A stretch of 64,000 bases of DNA from Bacillota bacterium. Its GTDB lineage: Bacteria > Bacillota > DULZ01. The DNA is taken from positions 163,536-227,535 of the forward strand of contig JBMNIZ010000015.1 of NCBI GenBank assembly GCA_050951405.1, read 5' to 3'. The notes under the pieces are model-generated. The model ran no database searches. It was not told the origin of the DNA and saw only the letters and a list, made by a program, of their open reading frames with translations. Positions 1-9,327 of this stretch are shown piece by piece. Position 1 is the first letter of the stretch. Each line of letters opens with the position of its first letter. The position numbers and the translations under genes were made by a program.

Positions 1-7
1 CCTTTAA

Positions 8-45
8 AGGGAAGGGTAGCGGGTCCTGGACCCGTTACCCCCCAC
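8..45 (-). terminator. GC-rich hairpin downstream of grdB (GGGTAACGGGT / ACCCGCTACCC, one mismatch) followed by a U-rich tract on the minus-strand RNA
   Basis: Read directly from the sequence. The role is uncertain: terminator or attenuator. Further grd genes may lie beyond the window start. Confidence 0.3.
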
Positions 46-49
46 TTCA

Positions 50-1357
50 CTAATCGCTAAAAACTGTCTGTCCCTCTACTTCCGTTTGCAAAGCCCGCAG
101 AGCTTTCCGGATCAATTTCCTGCGCAATTCCTTCTCTTCTGCCGGACTTAAAGCCGGATTCCCCAAGGGGTGAGGAATGGCGACAGTGGGAACGATTCTG
201 TTTGCACCAACCGTGAGAGAAATAGGAACTATTGTACACATATGAACCACCGGCAGGCCGGCTTTTTCAATTTCCTTGACCATCGTTGCACCGCAACGAG
301 TACAAGTCCCTCAGGTAGAGGTGAGAATAACCGCATCCACCCCGGCTTGGACCAGATCTTTGGCAATTTCAGCAGCAAATTTCCGGGCATTGGCCACGGA
401 AGTGCCATTGCCTACGGTGGCATACCAGTAATTATGCAGGGAGCCGATTTCGCCAGCCCTTTCCATTTCCCGCAATACGTCCACAGGAAGTACTCGGTCC
501 AGGTCTTCGTTGGCATAAACCGGGTCGTAACCGCCGTGGGCCGTTTCACCGTTGGCAGGCGTAAAATCGTCAATGCCTTCCAGGCTGTATTTACCGTATT
601 TGGAGGCACTGGAAGATTCGATATGGTCGGGATTTCCCTTGGGCACCGGCCCTCCTGAGGAAACCAGAGCAATTTTGGCTTTGGTAATATCTTTAATGGC
701 CGGGTTAGGTGGAACCCGATCGAAAACAGGCATGGGGTACTCGGTTTCAAACTCTTCTCCCCGCAGTTTTTTGATCAGCATCTCTACGGCTCTTTGGGAA
801 CCTCTCTTCTCGGCAAAGAAATTCTTACGGATACCCTGGGGGATATAACCCTCTTGTTCCGGAGTCCCCACTTCTTCATCCCGAACCAGTTTTAACACTA
901 AAGCCGACATGGAGGGCACGGCTTTGCGCATCCCGGCTGCCGAGTCGGAAGTTTCGATGATATAGGCGTACTTTTTGTACATATCCACCCCCGGGTTCTC
1001 CGGATACATTCCGGAAACCACGGGAATGTTTAATTTTTCGCTCACAATTTTGGCTACCGCTCCACAGGCAATGCCGTATCGCCCGGCATTAAAAGCCGGG
1101 CCGGCGATAACCAAATCGGGGGAATATTTTTTAATCATCTCCAGGACTTCGGCGCTGGCTTCTTCCAGATTTTCATTGAAATAGGTATCGCCGCAGATGA
1201 CTGTAGCCACGATTTCAGCAGCATCTCCTAAAGCTTGTTTAAATGCCATACCGGGACCCACTACGCCTTCCCTTGCTTCGGGCTTCACATCGGCTTTTTC
1301 CTCCCCGCCGATGCCGGCGTAAAACTGGTTGATGTAATGCACAATCCTTTTTTTCAC
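50..1357 (-). CDS. grdB: Glycine/sarcosine/betaine reductase component B subunit (selenoprotein PB), with an in-frame TGA (Sec) at 311..313
   Basis: The 348-aa ORF 311..1357 ends ...ILTST at a TGA. Translation continues in frame (GTCTRCGATMVKEIEKAGLP...) into ORF 50..283. The combined length of about 435 aa matches GrdB, and the gene is adjacent to grdA and grdE. Confidence 0.88.
284..298 (-). other. SECIS-like stem-loop (CGUUGC-GGU-GCAACG) about 10 nt 3' of the grdB UGA
   Basis: Perfect 6-bp stem with a G-containing loop immediately downstream of the in-frame UGA, at the position expected for a bacterial SECIS element. Confidence 0.45.
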
Positions 1358-1386
1358 TTTATCTCCCCCCTTTTCGGCTTGATGGT

Positions 1387-1830
1387 TTAGCCGCGGTAGT
1401 TTTTCACTTCGTTGATGATTGCATCTACATCCAGCACCATTTCCATCATGCTGATCTGCTCATCATAGACTTTTGGATCGATTTCATCCTTCAGTTCAAA
1501 AATATGATAAGCTTTCAGTCCCAACGGGACTCCTGCCAAAGGACCTGCAAAGGTAGGATCGCCTTGGGATACGGTTTCAGCAGCCAAGCCGGAAGCTTCG
1601 GCTTCCCCGCCCCCCAAAACAACGATCAGCTCTTCGTTACCGTATTTTTCCGCCAGTTCTTTAATCCTAGCTTGGTTTTCCAGGTCCATGGCGCCGGCAG
1701 CAGTTCAAACAAAGCATTCGGTAGCTGAAAACACGATCTCGGCGCCGGCGGATTTGATGCACTCTTCAATGGCCGGGCCCGGAATCCCGTCCCGATCGCC
1801 AAGAATGGCTACCTTTTTGCCTTTCAGCAT
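1387..1830 (-). CDS. grdA: Glycine reductase selenoprotein A, with an in-frame TGA (Sec) at 1705..1707 in the motif CFVU-TAAGAMD
   Basis: Manual translation gives [53 protein letters not shown]..., which joins ORF 1387..1689. This is the conserved GrdA Sec context. Confidence 0.88.
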
Positions 1831-1875
1831 GTCTCCTTCTCCTTTCATTCAATCGTATTGTATATTGCATTAATT

Positions 1876-3162
1876 TTAATAGCCTCGAGCCGAGAGCTTG
1901 CCGAAGCCCAATTCGTTGGTAGAACCGGTGATAACCTGAATTTCCGCAGTAATGCTCCCATCCGGTTTCAGGCTGCCTTCTGTACCTCCGGCAATCACAT
2001 CGGCCACTTCCGGATAACCGATCACCCTTTTCATGGGAGGCAAGGTGATCAGTTCATTGGCATTGCCGGCAGTGACCACCGCATTGCCAAGAGGAGTTGA
2101 ATCAGCCAAGGATTGGGAAGCCCCGTCCTGACCCGCGTATTCGTCGGTAATAAGGACGGTCTTAATGCCCTTTTTCTCCAGTTTGTAGCAGTTCATCACC
2201 AAGTCCGTATCAGGATTGCCAAATCCTTCTTCGGAGATAATGGCCGCATCAGCACCCAAAAACTCCACCAGCTTGGCCGCCATATTTGAGGAGCGCTCTT
2301 TGTCGGCCAGAGTGACGTTTTCGTTGGTAATGACACAGCCCAGGAAGTTTAAGTCTTTGCCGTGATGTTCGTAAAGGTCGTGGATAACCGGGTTGTTTTG
2401 GTGGATGTAAGTGGGATTCTTGTCACAAGCGGATACGCAGTTCCCGCTGACAATGGCACCATCCATTACTTCCGTCGGGTAGATAAAAGTGGGAATAATT
2501 TTCTTGGCATCTACCCCGTAAACGTAAGTATCGTGCAAAAGACCCTGAGTTTGCAGCATGTAAACGTAAACCACTTTGGGCAAGTCCGGGTATTCTTTGC
2601 TTTGCTCCAGGATGGGCTTGGTTTCATATACTTTGATCTCGTCCGGTTCCAGCTCTTTTCCGGCCTTACCAAGATAGGCAGCGGCCCTGAAACCGGCTAC
2701 TCTGACCACCGCTTCATGCTCATGCTGGTGCAAGCCGGGTACCGGATCCACTTTAACTACCACATTCAAAGTTTGCGAAAAGGGCGTGTATTCGGCTCCA
2801 GGCCCGGACATATCAATAATGCCTTCCTGGAATCCCACTATTTTTCCGGTGGTGACCAAGGCAACTCCTTTCAGGACATGAGTGCGCCCCTCACCAACGG
2901 TGTCCACTCCGCTCATAAATCCGGGCAGAATACCACCGCCGCCGGACACTTTTACTCTGGGTTCCACCACGTCCTTCACGGGAATAATCCTGGTTTCTTC
3001 GCCCGGCTTGGCCAGGAATACTTCCACCGATTGGATGCGCTCATCATCACCGGTAACTTTGGCCAGTTCCTCTTTATTTACAAAAAGGATGCCTTCTTTT
3101 ACTTCGGTTTTCTCACCAAATTGCACATCTTTAATGTAAATATTACCGATTTCCAGACGCAA
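1876..3162 (-). CDS. grdE: Glycine reductase protein B proprotein (alpha/beta subunits)
   Basis: 428 aa, similar to GrdE, and lies immediately upstream of grdA-grdB. Confidence 0.85.
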   Translation of the reverse strand: MRLEIGNIYIKDVQFGEKTEVKEGILFVNKEELAKVTGDDERIQSVEVFLAKPGEETRIIPVKDVVEPRVKVSGGGGILPGFMSGVDTVGEGRTHVLKGVALVTTGKIVGFQEGIIDMSGPGAEYTPFSQTLNVVVKVDPVPGLHQHEHEAVVRVAGFRAAAYLGKAGKELEPDEIKVYETKPILEQSKEYPDLPKVVYVYMLQTQGLLHDTYVYGVDAKKIIPTFIYPTEVMDGAIVSGNCVSACDKNPTYIHQNNPVIHDLYEHHGKDLNFLGCVITNENVTLADKERSSNMAAKLVEFLGADAAIISEEGFGNPDTDLVMNCYKLEKKGIKTVLITDEYAGQDGASQSLADSTPLGNAVVTAGNANELITLPPMKRVIGYPEVADVIAGGTEGSLKPDGSITAEIQVITGSTNELGFGKLSARGY

Positions 3163-3193
3163 TCTTATTCACCTCCTTAATATCTAGGACCTT

Positions 3194-3508
3194 TTAGAGA
3201 AGCTCCTGCAGCTTTGCTTCCACATCTTCAATGGTGAAATCCTTGCTCAGTTCCGCTATTTTCTCACCTCCTCGATAAAAGGCGATGGTGGGAAGTCCTA
3301 AAACTTTTTGGCTGATGGACAGTCTTTTATTCCCCGCCGTATCCAGTTTGCAAAATTTAGCCTGGCCTGCGTATTTCTCCGCCAGGGCTTCCACCTCGGG
3401 CATCAAGGCCTGGCAGGGTTCACATTTAGGGCTCCAAAAATCTACCACCACTAAACCTCCAGCTTGTAGTACCTCCTGTTCAAAATTTTCCTTGTCCACG
3501 ATGACCAC
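3194..3508 (-). CDS. trxA: grd-associated thioredoxin with an atypical active site W-S-P-K-C-E-P-C
   Basis: Thioredoxin fold. The likely GTG start at 3506..3508 is preceded by GGAGGTG (104 aa). The tracked ORF extends to 3622 and overlaps the trxB 3' end. The active site is CEPC rather than the usual CGPC. Confidence 0.75.
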   Translation of the reverse strand: MVIVDKENFEQEVLQAGGLVVVDFWSPKCEPCQALMPEVEALAEKYAGQAKFCKLDTAGNKRLSISQKVLGLPTIAFYRGGEKIAELSKDFTIEDVEAKLQELL

Positions 3509-3572
3509 GTTTTTTTCACCTCCCCCTGGTAAGTCTCTTTTATCCTCATCCCCGCTCGGCAGGAGGGCTGGC

Positions 3573-4790
3573 TTAATGGGAAATACTCTGAAGAACGTCC
3601 TCCACCAGGAAATCCCCGTCAAAACGCTTTGTCACCTGACCATTTTCAAAAATCAGTACTGTCGGCACCTGTTCCACCTGATGACGGGAAGCTACCAGCT
3701 GGTTCCTGTACATGTCGATCTTGACCAGCTTCGCCCCGGCAAAATTAGTCATTCCCTGCTCCAGGAGGGAAACTGCCTCAATGCTTCTCTCATTTTGCGG
3801 CGCCCAAAACACCGTCACGACAGGCAGTTGGGCATCCAACACCTGGGTCTTGAAGGCTTCCTCTTCAGCCAGGTATTTCTCTGCTGCCACCGCGGCAATA
3901 GCGCCGTCGCTGGCTGCAGTAATAACCTGCCGCAAATATTTTTGCCGGACGTCTCCGGCGGCATAAACGCCGGGTATGTTCGTTTCCATTTTATCGTTGG
4001 TGATGATATACCCCTGCTGATCCAATTCAAGCTTGCCTCTGAGAAACTCCGTTTTGGGCACCGTACCCACAAAGAAAAAGACGCCATTGGTTTCCAATTC
4101 AGTAATCTTACCGGTTTTCAAATTCTTGATCAAGACCTTCTCTACCAATCCGTCCCCTTTAATTTCCTCCAGCACTGAATTCCAAATCCACTTAATCTTG
4201 GGATTGGCGAAGGCTTTCTCGGCACTGGCCTTGTTGCAGTCCAGGATACCTTCATCATGGATGACGATGATGGTCACCTCATTGGCAAATTTGGTCAAAT
4301 AAATGGCTTCTTCAATAGCCGCATCCCCATTGCCCACCACGACGACATCCAGTTCCTCAAAAAAGTCCGCATCGCAAGTGGCACAATAGGAAACTCCCTT
4401 TCCCTTTAATTCCTTCTCGCCTTTGATATTCAAAGAACGGGGTTCTGCCCCCAGGGCAAAAATGACCGCTTTGGAAAGGATTTTGGCACCTTTCCTTGTC
4501 TGAATAGTTTTTACCGCCCCTTCCAGTTCTACTCCTACCACTTCTTCCCGGCGGATTTCCGCGCCAAACTCCTCGGCATGCTTTCGCATGGAATCCATCA
4601 GGCCCGGTCCTGTAGCTCCCCGACCAAAACCCGGGTAGTTCTCCAGCTCTGCCGTGGTGGAGGCTTGGCCCCCCGGTCTTCCTTTCTCAAGAATGAGAGC
4701 TTTCAGCTTGGACCTGGCAGCATAGACACCCGCCGCCAAGCCGGCCGGACCGCCTCCAACAATGACTACATCCCAGATTTGCTCATTCAT
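3573..4790 (-). CDS. trxB: Thioredoxin reductase (CATC active site, FAD/NAD(P) motifs) fused to a C-terminal thioredoxin-fold domain lacking CxxC
   Basis: Start at MNEQIWDVVIVGGGPAGL with an AGGAGGT RBS. The TrxB core covers about 310 aa. The C-terminal ~100 aa (VFWAPQNERS...) is thioredoxin-like but has no redox cysteines. Confidence 0.85.
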   Translation of the reverse strand: MNEQIWDVVIVGGGPAGLAAGVYAARSKLKALILEKGRPGGQASTTAELENYPGFGRGATGPGLMDSMRKHAEEFGAEIRREEVVGVELEGAVKTIQTRKGAKILSKAVIFALGAEPRSLNIKGEKELKGKGVSYCATCDADFFEELDVVVVGNGDAAIEEAIYLTKFANEVTIIVIHDEGILDCNKASAEKAFANPKIKWIWNSVLEEIKGDGLVEKVLIKNLKTGKITELETNGVFFFVGTVPKTEFLRGKLELDQQGYIITNDKMETNIPGVYAAGDVRQKYLRQVITAASDGAIAAVAAEKYLAEEEAFKTQVLDAQLPVVTVFWAPQNERSIEAVSLLEQGMTNFAGAKLVKIDMYRNQLVASRHQVEQVPTVLIFENGQVTKRFDGDFLVEDVLQSISH

Positions 4791-4836
4791 GGGCTTACCT
4801 CCTTGATTTATACTTGATGTAACAGCAGCAGAAAGA

Positions 4837-5235
4837 TCAAAATCTTTTGCCCATCGCCGTAATTCCACTGGCTTGCAAGCTTTCTAAAGCGGCTTCTAAG
4901 AGAGAAAGATCGATCACCTGCAAGTCATGCAAGACCCTCGGCCCATGCTGCCTTGCAGGCCCGAATTTCTCCCAGGCAGCCAAGGCACTTTCGATTAACT
5001 GCAAAGAAGAGAAATCCACCAACTTCCTGTCTTTCCTTTTCTGCAAAAGAAGCGATTTGTAGGGGGTCTGGTTGGGCTTGATACTGCCCGCCAAAGGATG
5101 GGTAAGCAATTTATAGCCCTGATGAATGTAATTCCTGGCCCTGATCAGCACTTCCCATATCGGACCCTCGATAAACTCTCCTTGCGGATATTTTTCCAAA
5201 ACCAGGGGATTATTGCTGAGCAAGTACATCTTCAC
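4837..5235 (-). CDS. grdX: GrdX-like glycine reductase accessory protein
   Basis: 132 aa with a THPLAGSIKPNQTPYKSLLL motif. It is the first gene of the grd operon. Confidence 0.55.
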   Translation of the reverse strand: MKMYLLSNNPLVLEKYPQGEFIEGPIWEVLIRARNYIHQGYKLLTHPLAGSIKPNQTPYKSLLLQKRKDRKLVDFSSLQLIESALAAWEKFGPARQHGPRVLHDLQVIDLSLLEAALESLQASGITAMGKRF

Positions 5236-5716
5236 AACAATTCCTCCCGGATATATTGCTCATTGGTAACTGTTTTCAGTAAATATATTTAGTTAATTAC
5301 CGATATTTATACTATATACAATCTCGTTTCAGAAAACAATGGCAATTTGCAAAAGAAACCCTAATCAGAGTTGTGAATAATTGCACTTACAGAGGCCCTC
5401 CAAATCTTGCTTAAAAAAAGGCCAGCTTTTTAATGAAGTTTAAACAAGCCAAGTCCTGCCAACTTTTTAGCAGCTTACAAAAACGAAAAACGCTCATCTC
5501 AAAAACAAAACGCCAAAATTTGGCGCTTTTACCGGCACTCTGGGGACCATCCAACTCCCTCCCCTATGTGATCTGCCCTTGATCTCATTCCTCTTCGTCA
5601 AGTTTTTTTCTTGTTGGATGTTTAGCTATTTAATTGGCTGGAACTATAGCTTCCTTCCCTTGTTCTTCCTATGGGCAGGATTTTGATCACGCTGGATCAT
5701 CTGTTCCCTGTTCCGG

Positions 5717-6652
5717 TCAGCGTTCCTCCCTGTCATAGGCCAGGCTTAAAGCCCCCGGCGCTCCCAGGCGCTTCTTTCTGGTCTGGCTGGTGGCGATAAT
5801 TAAGACACCAATTGTAAACAAATAAGGAAGCATTTTTAGAAAAAAGGAAGGCATAGTGATCCCCATGGCCTGCATCCGGTAGACAAGGGCGTCAACGCCT
5901 CCAAAAAGATAGGCTCCGGCCATTGCTTTCAGGGGGTCCCAGCCGGCAAAAATCACCAGCGCCACTGCAATCCAGCCCCTCCCCGCCGTCATGTTTTCCA
6001 GCCAGCTGGGTGCATAAGCCAGGGAAAGATAGGCTCCGGCCAGCCCGGAGAACATGCCGCCGATGACCACATAGATATACCGCAAGAAAAATACATTGAC
6101 ACCCACCGCATCGGCAGCGGCAGGATTTTCCCCAATGGCCCGCAAGTTCAGCCCCTGACGGGTCTTATAGAAAAAGAACCAGATCAAGGGTACCAGCAGG
6201 TAACTGAAATAAACCAGAATATCTTGACTAAAAAAAACCGGTCCCAAGTAGGGAATTTGGTATAATCCGGGCAAAGCCAGAAAAGTGAATGTCTTGGGCG
6301 CCGGAACACCGATCAGGGACTTGCCCAAATAACCGCTTAAACCGGTGCCGAAAAGAGTCAGCGCCAAGCCGCTGACCACCTGGTTGGCCTGCAGTGTCAC
6401 GCACAAGAAAGCGTGAATCAACGCCAAAAGGCCTCCCGCTGCCAATGCCCCTGCCACCCCCAACCAGGGATTGGCCGTATTGACTGTAATGAGAAAGCCG
6501 GTTACCGCCCCCACCAGCATCATGCCTTCAATGCCCAGATTTAAAACCCCAGCCCTTTCCGCAATAATTTCGCCCAGGGCGGCATATAAAAGTGGAGTGC
6601 CTGCGGTCACCGTAGCGGCCAAAATAGCGATAAGCATTGCCTGATCCACCAT
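5717..6652 (-). CDS. ABC transporter permease (BMP/nucleoside uptake family)
   Basis: 311-aa polytopic permease, last gene of the BMP-ABC operon. Confidence 0.8.
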   Translation of the reverse strand: MVDQAMLIAILAATVTAGTPLLYAALGEIIAERAGVLNLGIEGMMLVGAVTGFLITVNTANPWLGVAGALAAGGLLALIHAFLCVTLQANQVVSGLALTLFGTGLSGYLGKSLIGVPAPKTFTFLALPGLYQIPYLGPVFFSQDILVYFSYLLVPLIWFFFYKTRQGLNLRAIGENPAAADAVGVNVFFLRYIYVVIGGMFSGLAGAYLSLAYAPSWLENMTAGRGWIAVALVIFAGWDPLKAMAGAYLFGGVDALVYRMQAMGITMPSFFLKMLPYLFTIGVLIIATSQTRKKRLGAPGALSLAYDREER

Positions 6653-7746
6653 TATCCCCCTCTCCCAATCCGCAAACGAATACGATACCGGTTCAAGATC
6701 TCTCCTCCCAACAGGAAGAAAAGTATCGCCCCCTGCAGCATGGAAACAGTGGCTGCCGGCAGTCCCATGGTTTGAATGGTGTAGCCACCTACCAAAAGCC
6801 CGCCAAAAAGAAAGGAAACCAAGACCACAGCCCCCGGGTGAAGCTTAGCCAGCCAGGCTATGATAATGGCCGTATAACCATAACCAGGGGAAATGCCATG
6901 CTGGAGACGATGAGTAATGCCCGCCACTTCACAAAAGCCGGCCAGTCCGGCCAGGGCCCCGCTTAAAAACATCACCAACATTATATTGCGGACAATGTTC
7001 ATCCCGGCATAGCGAGCGGCTCTAGCGCTCTCGCCGATGACCCGTATTTCATATCCCCACCGGGTTCGATTCAATAAAAGAAATAACAGGGCTGCTGCGA
7101 TCAAGCCGAAAACCAGCCCCAGATGAATCCTGCTTTCCCCCAAAACCGGGAGAATAGCGCTTTCCGGAAAGGGTGCCGTTAGGGGAAAGTTGAATCCTTG
7201 CGGATCTTTCCAGGGGCCGTAGACCAAATAATCCACCCAGAGAATGGCCACATAATTGAGCATCAAGCTGATAATGACTTCATTCACTCCCAGAAGGGCA
7301 CGGGGCAAAGCGGTCAAAAGAGCCCAGAGGCCTCCGGCAAGCATGCCGGCCACCAGCATGGCAGGCAGCATGATGTAGCTTGGGAGATCAGGATGAAAAA
7401 GGGCAATGTAGCTGGCGGCAAAAGCCCCCATATACAGCTGTCCTTCCGCCCCTATATTCCAAAGAAGCATTTTAAAAGCGATGGCAACGCCCAAACCGGC
7501 CAAGAGCAAAGGAATGGCCTTCACTACCGTTTCCGAAAGGCCGTAGGCGGACCCAAAGGCACCTTTAAACATCATCAAGTAGACTTCGATTGGATTATAA
7601 CCGGTAAAAACAAGAAACGCTCCGCCAAAAACCAAGGCCAGGACCACGGAAAGGACCGGGACAAGTAAATTTAAGTAACGGGGAGCGGAGACCCTTTTTT
7701 CCATTTGGAGAAAAGTCACGGCAGCTTTCTTCACCTCAGCAGTCAT
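6652..7746 (-). CDS. ABC transporter permease (BMP/nucleoside uptake family)
   Basis: 364-aa polytopic permease whose stop overlaps the start of the next gene. Confidence 0.8.
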   Translation of the reverse strand: MTAEVKKAAVTFLQMEKRVSAPRYLNLLVPVLSVVLALVFGGAFLVFTGYNPIEVYLMMFKGAFGSAYGLSETVVKAIPLLLAGLGVAIAFKMLLWNIGAEGQLYMGAFAASYIALFHPDLPSYIMLPAMLVAGMLAGGLWALLTALPRALLGVNEVIISLMLNYVAILWVDYLVYGPWKDPQGFNFPLTAPFPESAILPVLGESRIHLGLVFGLIAAALLFLLLNRTRWGYEIRVIGESARAARYAGMNIVRNIMLVMFLSGALAGLAGFCEVAGITHRLQHGISPGYGYTAIIIAWLAKLHPGAVVLVSFLFGGLLVGGYTIQTMGLPAATVSMLQGAILFFLLGGEILNRYRIRLRIGRGG

Positions 7747-9266
7747 GAAGCTTGTTCACCTGCCCTTTTCACACCGGCCATCATCAAACCGATCTCCTCC
7801 AGCTCCGCCTCTTCCACTGGTAAAATGCCCATCAGCTTGCCTTCAAACAAAACTGCCACCCGATCCGCCACCTTGAATATTTCTTCCAGATCTTCCGAAA
7901 TCATCAGAATGGCCGTGCCCTGCTCCCTTTGAGTCATCAAGAGCTCGTGCACCGTCTCTGTAGCCCCCACATCCAAACCCCGAACAGGATAGACAGCTAC
8001 AATGAGTTTTGGTTTGGCAGAAATCTCTCTGGCCAGGAGCAGTTTCTGCAGATTCCCGCCGGACATCATCTTCACCGGTGCCGTCAAGGAAGAAGTTTTC
8101 ACATTAAATTCTTCGATTAATTTAGCTGCTCTGGATTGCAGAGAATGCAAATTCAGCAAATATTTTCCATTTTCTGGCCAGCGGTAGCTTTTCAGGGATA
8201 TGTTCTCCACTGACCCCAAGTTGGGGATTAATCCCATCCCCAGCCGGTCTTCGGGAACATGACTCACACCCCGGTCGATAATTTCCTTGGGGCTTAAATT
8301 GGTGATCTCCTTTCCTTCCAGATAAACATGCCCTGCCAAAGCCGGACGCAATCCAGTAATGACTTCGGCCAGTTCACGCTGGCCGTTTCCTGCTACCCCG
8401 GCAATGCCTAAGATTTCCCCGGCCCTGACCTCCAGATAGAAATCATCCAGAGCTAAACGGCCCTTATCATTGTTGGCTTTCAAACCCTTAATCTTTAGGA
8501 CTGCCGGACCGGCAATCTTCCTTCTTTCCATCCTTTCCCGGGAGAAATCCCTCCCCACCATGAGACGGGCCAGCTCTTCCCGGGAAGTAGCTTTTTTGTC
8601 CAGAGTAGCTACTGACTTACCTTCCCGTAAGACTGTAATGCGATCGGCAAAAGCCATCACTTCATGCAATTTATGAGTAATGAAAATGACCCCGCAGCCT
8701 TGGTCGGCCATTCGCCTTAAAGTGGCAAACAGATCTCTCACTTCCTGCGGAGTCAAAACAGCCGTTGGCTCATCCAAAATGAGGATGTGGGAACCCCGGT
8801 ACAGCATTTTGATGATTTCCACTCTTTGCTGTTCCCCTACGGATAGCTGCCAGATTCGGGCTTTCGGTTCCACCCAAAGGGCAAATCTCCTGGAAATTTC
8901 CTCAATTTCTTTTTCCACTTTTTCCATCCGCAGAACCGTAGAGGACGGCTGCCCCAGGATCACATTTTCCGCCACAGTAAAAGGTTCTACCAGACGAAAG
9001 TGCTGATGAACCATGCCGATGCCGGCCTTAATGGCATCTTTCGGGGACCGGAAAGCCACCTTTTTTCCTTTAATGATAATTTCACCCTCATCGGGACGGT
9101 GAAGTCCCGTCAGGATGTTCATTAAGGTGCTTTTCCCTGCCCCGTTCTCCCCAAGAAGAGCATGGATCTCACAGGCATTGGCCGAAAAGTTGATACCGTC
9201 ATTGGCAACTACCCCAGGGAAATGTTTAGTAATCTTGCGCATTTCCACCAGTGCCGTCTGGGTCAT
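7743..9266 (-). CDS. ABC transporter ATP-binding protein with duplicated ATPase domains
   Basis: Two Walker A/B and signature regions. The likely start is MTQTALVEM. Confidence 0.85.
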   Translation of the reverse strand: MTQTALVEMRKITKHFPGVVANDGINFSANACEIHALLGENGAGKSTLMNILTGLHRPDEGEIIIKGKKVAFRSPKDAIKAGIGMVHQHFRLVEPFTVAENVILGQPSSTVLRMEKVEKEIEEISRRFALWVEPKARIWQLSVGEQQRVEIIKMLYRGSHILILDEPTAVLTPQEVRDLFATLRRMADQGCGVIFITHKLHEVMAFADRITVLREGKSVATLDKKATSREELARLMVGRDFSRERMERRKIAGPAVLKIKGLKANNDKGRLALDDFYLEVRAGEILGIAGVAGNGQRELAEVITGLRPALAGHVYLEGKEITNLSPKEIIDRGVSHVPEDRLGMGLIPNLGSVENISLKSYRWPENGKYLLNLHSLQSRAAKLIEEFNVKTSSLTAPVKMMSGGNLQKLLLAREISAKPKLIVAVYPVRGLDVGATETVHELLMTQREQGTAILMISEDLEEIFKVADRVAVLFEGKLMGILPVEEAELEEIGLMMAGVKRAGEQAS

Positions 9267-9327
9267 GGCATGACCCTCCTTATTGATTGGTTCCGGCGGG
9301 CTAACGCCCGCCGGACTGCTTCTCTCC

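Noticed and set aside
170-848. Plus-strand ORFs 170..658, 552..848 and many other ORFs of over 60 aa that overlap annotated genes on the opposite strand (for example 2362..3180, 3285..4178, 7198..7668, 9928..10509, 15165..15704, 30116..30676, 39288..39953, 46787..47407).
   Set aside because: They are fully embedded antisense to strongly supported genes, have no RBS, and have biased, low-complexity translations.
3573-4868. A 26-aa N-terminal extension of trxB (MELRRWAKDFDLSAAVTSSINQGGKP).
   Set aside because: A strong RBS (AGGAGGT) precedes the internal MNEQIWDVVIVGGG start. The extension would overlap grdX.
5236-5716. Looked for a glycine riboswitch in the grdX leader (GGAGAG / ACCGAAGGGGCAA / CUCUCAGGC elements).
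   Set aside because: None of the conserved cores are present on the minus strand. Only a weak 6-bp hairpin with flanking T/A runs is seen at about 5509-5526.
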